This document shows, piece after piece, positions 63,525 through 64,000 of a stretch of 64,000 bases of DNA. The notes beneath the pieces were generated by a model. The model did no database searches and was not told where the DNA came from. It saw only the letters and a list, made by a program, of their open reading frames with translations. The stretch's first letter is position 1, and each line of letters opens with the position of its first letter. The DNA comes from Squalus acanthias. Taxonomy: Eukaryota. The position numbers and the translations under genes were made by a program. The stretch lies in the NCBI GenBank assembly GCA_030390025.1, contig CM059432.1, forward strand, positions 45,820,001-45,884,000, written 5' to 3'.

Positions 63525-64000
63525 GCTGCTGAACGCTGTTCAACTCTGCGAGGTTAATACAGGCCGTTAGTTCTAGCGATGATGACGAAAATGGCAGCAC
63601 TGACGTCAAATCAGCATTGCACGCTGATTGACATCATGATCTCCCTACTTACCATACTTCCAGCGCACGCTCCTAACAGCCGCCCTACCACCCTCACCAA
63701 GATTCTATCCGACACGACCCACACCACATCGGCACCCGTAGCGCCCAAACAACGGGCACTATGCAACCGAATGGTCACCTTGTCAGGCACAGGCTTGTCC
63801 GTGCCCTACTTTGAAGTTGTGGCTGTAGGAGTCGGCAGATTTCAGTCACAACCTCTGTTGTGAAGCGAAGACGTCTCATGTATTGGTCCTCCCTGATGTT
63901 GAGGTAAAAGAATTGCTCCCTAAAGACCCTCTGCGGATATGACCTCCTGCTGAGAGCCCTTCTCCTCCTCCTCCTCTCCCCTCTTCTCGCAGGTTGTCCT
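63525..64000. mobile_element. Harbinger terminal and transposase 5' fragments
   Basis: Similar to 39860-40010 and to ~39370-39560. Confidence 0.6.

Overview
Vertebrate genomic DNA, most likely a cartilaginous fish (inferred from the repeat repertoire). It is almost entirely transposable elements, and I found no supportable host-gene exons. Contents: many CR1 LINE fragments; a second LINE family whose 5' end is a tRNA/SINE-like head fused almost directly to the endonuclease ORF; several PIF/Harbinger transposons (one near complete, with a 3-exon Myb/SANT gene) and their MITEs; two hAT non-autonomous insertions; Deu-domain SINEs; a Penelope-like element carrying minimal hammerhead ribozyme motifs; and two solo LTRs. 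The most notable element is a very young 6.8-kb endogenous retrovirus (28289-35122, minus strand). It has 518-bp LTRs that look identical by eye, a CTGGA target-site duplication, a tRNA-Ser PBS and an intact gag, but pol and env are internally deleted. It sits inside a multi-level nest (Harbinger > Penelope > ERV and MITE). All calls are by eye; no database searches were run.
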